From: the human T2T-CHM13v2.0 reference genome, Homo sapiens
Reading direction: 5' to 3' (one strand)
Length of the DNA stretch: 64,000 nucleotides
Assembly: GCF_009914755.1 (NCBI RefSeq)
Contig: NC_060929.1
The notes below the pieces were generated by a model. That model was not told the origin of the DNA, did not search any database, and saw only the letters and a program-made list of their open reading frames with translations. Both the position numbers and the translations under genes were made by a program. Below, one piece after another: positions 53,110-64,000 of this stretch (its first letter is position 1; every line of letters begins with the position of its first letter).

Positions 53110-53305
53110 CCTGGAGTCAGCACACTTTTCTTTGGAAAGAATCAGAGAGTAAATATTTTAGGTTTTATGGACCATATGTTCTCTTTGGCAACTCTAGTAT
53201 TGCAGCATGAAAGTAGCCACAAGCAATATATAAAATAGCATGGCTGTGCTCCAATAAAACCCTATTTACAAAAGCAGGCAGCAGACCATAGCTTGATGAC
53301 CCCTG
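53110..53305. mobile_element. MER58-like hAT transposon
   Basis: GAGTCAGCACACTTTT...GTAAATATTTTAGGTTTT...GGCTGTGCTCCAATAAAAC..TATTTACAAAAGCAGG...GACCCCTG. Confidence 0.7.
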
Positions 53306-54636
53306 CATCAGACCACCCAGAACAAATCAAATCCCTCTTTCATAGGTCAGTCCTGCAGATACTTTACAATAAACTCAATAGCCCTCAATTATCTGGGTCA
53401 AATAAGCTCAATGCCTTCCCCTCTCATTGGTAGGGTCTCCAGTTCCTCCAAGGGCCTGGACCCTCCTCCAACACACTCCAATTTTCTGTGCAGTTCTCAC
53501 TGGAGGTTCCTGACCTGAGTAGGATGCTCCAGCATGTCCAGGCCACAATAGAAGGGGGCTCTCAGCTCCTCCACTCCAGCCAGACATCTAATGAAGTAGC
53601 CAAAGATCACTTTACTTCCCTGCATCCCACATCCCACATCCCACTGTTGACTCAGAATGTACTCACAATCAGCTATAACCCCAAATCACATCCACACAGG
53701 CTAAGTCCTTCCTCCCCCACTCCATGTTGGTGCCCTTGTTAGTTTAGGCCTTACCTTTTCCCCCTTAGCTTTTGCCTTGTTGAATTCCAGGCTTCAGCTC
53801 TGTCCAGTCAAGATCTCTTTGATCCCTGAACCTGTCATTCAACATACTGGCCATCTCTCCCATCTCTGTTGCTGAGAAGACACTCTCCATCTTCATTCAA
53901 GCCTTTGATGAGAAAACTCTAGGAGGACGTGGCCACTCTCTCCCATAGTCCCTGGCACTTCCACTCTCCTGTGTATCCCCTCTGTGATTCAGTGACACCT
54001 AGAGCCATGGCTCCCCTGGCTGCTTTCTCTCTCCTTCAGATGCTGCATCACAGGCGTATAAACACCAGACAGGATAGAATGGAATTGTGTAGAACATGTG
54101 CCTGTGTGTGTGGCATTCAGAGGAGAGAGGGAAAAAGGGAGAGGGGCCTCTACTGGATTCTGTGGCAAAAGATATGGTCATTAAACTCCAGCACATTTGA
54201 AATCCAAAGATCTACCTGTACCCACTTGCTTGGAAAACAACATGATTGCAGTAATTTCACATGATTATCTCTGATGTGTTATGGAGATGTGTGATATCTC
54301 GGATGTGGAGAAAGTCATAACAGTGGCCTTTCTCTCACTACCACTAAGTCATTGAAAATGGAAGTTTTCCCCATTTTCTAGACTGGCTGGACTTTTATGA
54401 GATTGGGAATTAGTGTTTTTTCTTATTTTTTAAGTATTTTTAAGTGAAAAACACTTTTTCAATAGCTGCCAATCATTGGCTTCTTTGTTTTTAGGTTTTG
54501 AATATTTAAGTCCCAGGAGAAAAGCAATTCAGAAGAAAAGCTAGTCTCTCCCTTGTCAATATTAATCCCAGGTTTCAGGCTGCAAGAGAACCAGACTTTC
54601 AAAATCAGGGAGAACATGACACTTGGATTTCAGTCA

Positions 54637-54842
54637 GGTGTTTCTGGGCAAAGGCAGGACTATGACGGCCTCTATCACTAAAACCCCAAAGTCTCTCAAC
54701 CTCTAGTTTCCCCAAAGCCTGCTTGGTGTCCTGAAGCTTGTTTATTCCCTCCAGCATCCACCACCTACCCTGATTCTCTGCATTTCCTTCAGCATTGATG
54801 TCCTCTACCTGCTCTGATTTCCTGTTTGAATGTAGAATTGAA
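54637..54842 (+). repeat. Copy 1 of a ~170-200-bp diverged direct repeat
   Basis: Aligns to 55444-55613 (shared TCTGGGCAAAGGCAG, CTGAAGCTTGTTTATT, TTCCTTCAGCATTGAT, CCTGTTTGAATGTAGA). Confidence 0.85.
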
Positions 54843-55443
54843 GAATTCTTTATTGTAGCCCTAAGAAGTGAGGTTTAAAATTCATTAGCCCTGAGCCAAG
54901 ACGGGTGGTGGCCTTTATTTCTACGTGAATAGACAGAGACAAGCTTAGAGTGTGCGTATGTGCAAGTGTGTGTGTGCTTCCAGCCAGTTACCCAAATAGA
55001 ATTTGGTATTCATGAGTTTTATATTTGTCTGTTTAAGGATGCTCAGACATAAATGGATCTTTAATTACACAGGTCTAAATATAACCCCATCTCCTTGCAC
55101 ATGAATCCCACCTTTCACCAAATTTGCTGCTACTAACGTTAGCTTTTCCTGAACTTTCAGAGAAAAGCCTAGGGTGAGTCAAGAAGAAACTCTTGTGTGC
55201 AAAGGAAAGACCTCTCCCCAGCAGGGAACCCTCCCCCACTTTTCTGTGAGTTTTCCCCTTTCTAAGAAAAGTGGAGTGAGAGGAGCCAGCGACCGCCTAA
55301 TTATGGCCCACCCATCTGCTATTTGTGAATGTCAGTGTTTTTCAGGCTGAGTAGCTTCGCCTTAAAGGAGGGGTTGTCAGTAAGTGCAGAAAGGCTCCCC
55401 TCTGCTGCCTTGCATAGAAAGCATCAAACCCAGATTTGAGGTG

Positions 55444-55613
55444 GGTGTCTCTGGGCAAAGGCAGAACCATCAGGGCTCCTGTCACTCAGGCCCCAGGAAA
55501 GTCTCTCGGCCTCTGGTTTCCCAACAGCCTGCTTGCTGTGCTGAAGCTTGTTTATTTCCTTCAGCATTGATATCCACCAGCTACTCTGATTCCCTGTTTG
55601 AATGTAGAGTTGA
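55444..55613 (+). repeat. Copy 2 of the diverged direct repeat
   Basis: Aligns to 54637-54842. Confidence 0.85.
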
Positions 55614-57298
55614 TTCTGGGCTAATGGAAAGCAGGGGAATCTGGCTACAAATGCCCATTAGATTTGTCACTGAGCTTCTTCTGGAGACACCCCCAAGGCT
55701 TTTCTTCCTCTTCCTCTGCTCCCCGAGAACATGTGAGCACAAAACTGATCCCAGGTTCTATCCACACCTTTGTATACTTTCAGCCTAGGCCTTTGAACCC
55801 TCTCTTTGCAAGCCTGGCTTCCTTTTCTTTCTTTCCTCCTTCAAATCAGCTCAGATCACCCAAGAAAGTGAGACATGATTCCAATTTGTCTCCTTGAGCT
55901 TCAAACCTGAGACTTGTTCATTCCTAGAATTGAACACCCTAATAGCTTGAGTGCCATCACAAGCACTCCACACTGCAGCAGAGGCAATCTGTGCTTCAAA
56001 AGTAATAGAGAGTAAATTGCAGAAGAAATATTTTATGCAAATTAACCAAACTTAACATTTTGATAAAGGGCTTTTTTTTTTAAATGAACCAAGGAATCCA
56101 ATACTCCACTGCAAGTTTAACAAAAAGAAAATTTCAAACGCCTGAATTTTTAAAGTATGTGACAGCAAGAGAGATTTCGCCTGGTATGTAACACCAGGAG
56201 ACATTAACCACCTATAAGATGGAACACAGGAGCCTAAGTGCCTAAAACTATTAGTTCAAAACAACATTTATGTGAACTTATGGATTAAGGTGTTTCAATA
56301 ATTTAAATAACTCTCTCTCTCCTTTTCAGTGGACTCATCACTAAGCCAAAATATATTTGCTGTGAGATCAATGCTCAATTTGCATGTGAGCTTGGAACCT
56401 GCTATCAAATAGAAGAAGGAAGGAGAGAAGAACAAAGATTTGTTGAGCATGAACTATAGCCAGGCCCTGTGCTGGGCAGTTCACATGTTATCTCATTTAA
56501 GCAGGCATGCTTCCAGTCCCCTGAGAGAAAATGGCAAAGGAACAAGGAAAAAGCCATATGCTGATTATTCCGGGTAAAGACATTCCCATTTGGAAAGAAA
56601 ATGAGAAGAGTATAATTAATATCTTTTTCACCCACTCTCAGGACTCTTCAATAAGATGCTCCTTCATAACTGAAAAAGGTAGGTTGGAGACAAAAGTTTT
56701 TTAAAGCCTGCTAATACTCCGACTTACACCATATTCAGGCTTCCTGGAAGCCCCAAACCCACATCCCCACAATTCGCAGCTGAAAGTAGTCTAAAGGAAG
56801 GGACAGCTTTCAGAAAAGGGAAAATATCTGAGTCTCAGCTCTACCTTGAAAGGTGTGGTTCCCATTGTGGGTTCCCAAACCTGAAAGGCCTTGAAATTAT
56901 TACAGGGGATCAAGCATCCTCAAGCACACCAAATTTGTAGACAGAATATGTATTTCACACATAGGTACCCCATTTCCCAAAATGTGTATAAGTGCTGTGG
57001 TGATTATTACAATGCAAATTCATTTTTTAAATTTTTTTATTTCAATAGATTTTTGGGAAACGGGTAAGTTCTTTAGTGGTGATTTCTGAGATTTTGATGC
57101 ACCTATCACTACACTGTACTCAGTGTGTCTTCTTTTATCCCTCATCCCACTCCCGCCCTTCCCCATAAGACCCCAAAGTCCACTGTATCCTTCTTATGCC
57201 TTTGCATCCTCATAGCTTAGCTCCCACTTATAAGTGAAAACATAGGAAATTTGGTTTCCCATTCCTGAGTTACTTCACTTAGAATAATGGTCTCCAAC

Positions 57299-62141
<4,843 letters not shown>

Positions 62142-62926
62142 AGAATAATGGTCTCCAACTCCATCCAGATTGTTGCAAATGCAGCAACAATTATTTTATT
62201 CCTTTTTATGGCTGAGTAGTATTCCACGATATGTATATACCACGTTTCCTGTATCCACTCATTGATTGATGGGCATTTGGGCTGGTTCCATATTTTTGCA
62301 ACTGTGAATTGTGCTGCTATAAACATGAGTGTGCAAATGTCTTTTTCATATAATGACTTCTTTTTCTCTGGGTAGATGACCAGTAGTGGGATTGCTGGAT
62401 AAAATGGTAAATCTATTTTTAGTTCCTTAAAAAATCTCCATACTGTTTTCCATAGTGGTTGTACTAGTTTATATTCCCACCAGCAGTGTAAAAGTGTTCC
62501 CTTTTTACCACATCCACACCAGCATGTATTTTTTTTATTTTTTAAATTATGGCCATTCTTGCAGGAGTGAGGTGGCATTGCATTGTGGTTTTGATTTGTA
62601 TTTCCCTGATCATTAGTGATGTTGAGAATTTTTTCATATGTTTGCTGGCCATCTGTATATCTTGAGAATCATCTGTTCATGTCCTTAGTCCACTTTTGAT
62701 TACATTATTTGCTTGTTTATTGCTGATTTCTTTGAGTTCCTTGTAGATTCTGGATATCACTCCTTTGTTAGATGCATAGTTTGTGAAGATTTTCTTCTAC
62801 TCTGTGAGTTGTCTGTTTACTCTGCTGATTATTTCTTTTGCTGTGCAGAAGCTTTTTAGTTTAATTAAGTCTCACTTATTTATCTTTGTTTTTGTTGCAT
62901 TTGCTTTTGGGTTCTTGGTCATGAAG

Positions 62927-64000
62927 CAGTTGACAAAATTCAGCATCCCTTTATGATTAAGACCCTCAGCAAAAATCTGCATAGAAGGGACATACCTTAA
63001 GATAATAAAAGCCATCTATGACAAACTCACAGCTAACATTACATTGAACCAGGAAAACTTGAAAGCACTCTCCTTGAGAATGGGAACAAGACAAGGATGC
63101 CCATTTTCACCACTTCTATTCAACATAGTACTGAAAGTCCTAGACAGAGCAATCAGACAAGAGAAAGAAATACAGAGCATCCAAATCAGTAAAGAGGAAG
63201 TCAAACTGTTGCTGTTTGCTGATGATGTGATTGTATACCTAGAAAGCCCTAAAGACTCCTCCAGAAAGCTCCTAGATCTGATGAATGAATTCAGTAAAGT
63301 TTCAGGATACAAAATCAATGTACACAGATCAGTAGCACTGCTATACACCAACAGCAACCAAGCTGAGAATCAAATCAAGAACCCAACCGCTTTTACAATA
63401 GTTGCAAAAAAATAAAATACTTAGGAATATACCTAACCAAAGAGGTGAAAGACTTCTAAAGGAAAACTATGAAATACCACTGAAAGAAATCATAAGTGAC
63501 ACAAACAAATGGAAACACATCCCATGCTCAGGGATGGGTAGAATTAATATTATGAAAATGACCATACTGCCAAAAGCAATCTACATTCAATGCAATTCCC
63601 ATCAAAATACCATTATCATTCTTCACAGAACTAGAAAAAACAATCCTAAAATTCATATGGAACCAAAAAAGAGCCTGTATAGCCAAAGCAAGACTAAGCA
63701 AAAAGAACAAATCTGGAGTCATCACACTACCCGACTTCAAACTATCCTATAAGGCCATAGTCACCAAAACAGCATAGTACTGGTATAAAAATAGGCACAC
63801 AGACCAATATGTACCCAGAAATAAATAGAGAGCCCAGAAATAAAGCCAAATACTTACAGCCAACTGATCTTTGACAAAGCAAACAAAAACGTAAAGTGGG
63901 GAAAGGACATCCTATTCAACAAATGGTGCTGGGATCATCGGCAAGCCACATACAGAAGAAGGAAACTGGATCCTCATATCTCACCTTATACAAAAATCAA
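62927..64000 (+). mobile_element. Inverted 5' segment of the L1PB-like element (RT region)
   Basis: [10 protein letters not shown]...[17 protein letters not shown]...LLLFADD, running toward the point where the minus-strand part begins. Confidence 0.8.

Overview
Great-ape (Homininae: human, chimpanzee or gorilla, inferred from an SVA_D-like element) genomic DNA containing the 5' end of SPOCK1 (testican-1) on the minus strand. It holds a CpG-island promoter, a non-coding exon 1 (~9877-10040), the first coding exon (9076-9261, 62 codons) and the first 9 kb of the next intron. The remaining ~54 kb upstream is intergenic and dominated by retroelements. Highlights: (1) a very young 1.1-kb L1 with a perfect 15-bp TSD at the upstream edge of the SPOCK1 promoter; (2) a full-length L1PA4/5-like element interrupted by a full-length SVA, whose antisense promoter and open, extended ORF0 point at SPOCK1, with one splice donor in phase with the SPOCK1 start-codon exon; (3) three neighbouring L1PA copies sharing private substitutions in a mosaic pattern; (4) a TSD-less L1 that appears to have deleted its target; (5) a three-level L1 nest with a twin-priming inversion; (6) a G-rich minisatellite, two old local duplications and a template-switch hairpin in an Alu. 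Repeat subfamily names rest on recalled consensus motifs and need RepeatMasker/Dfam confirmation. No prokaryotic-type systems were seen.
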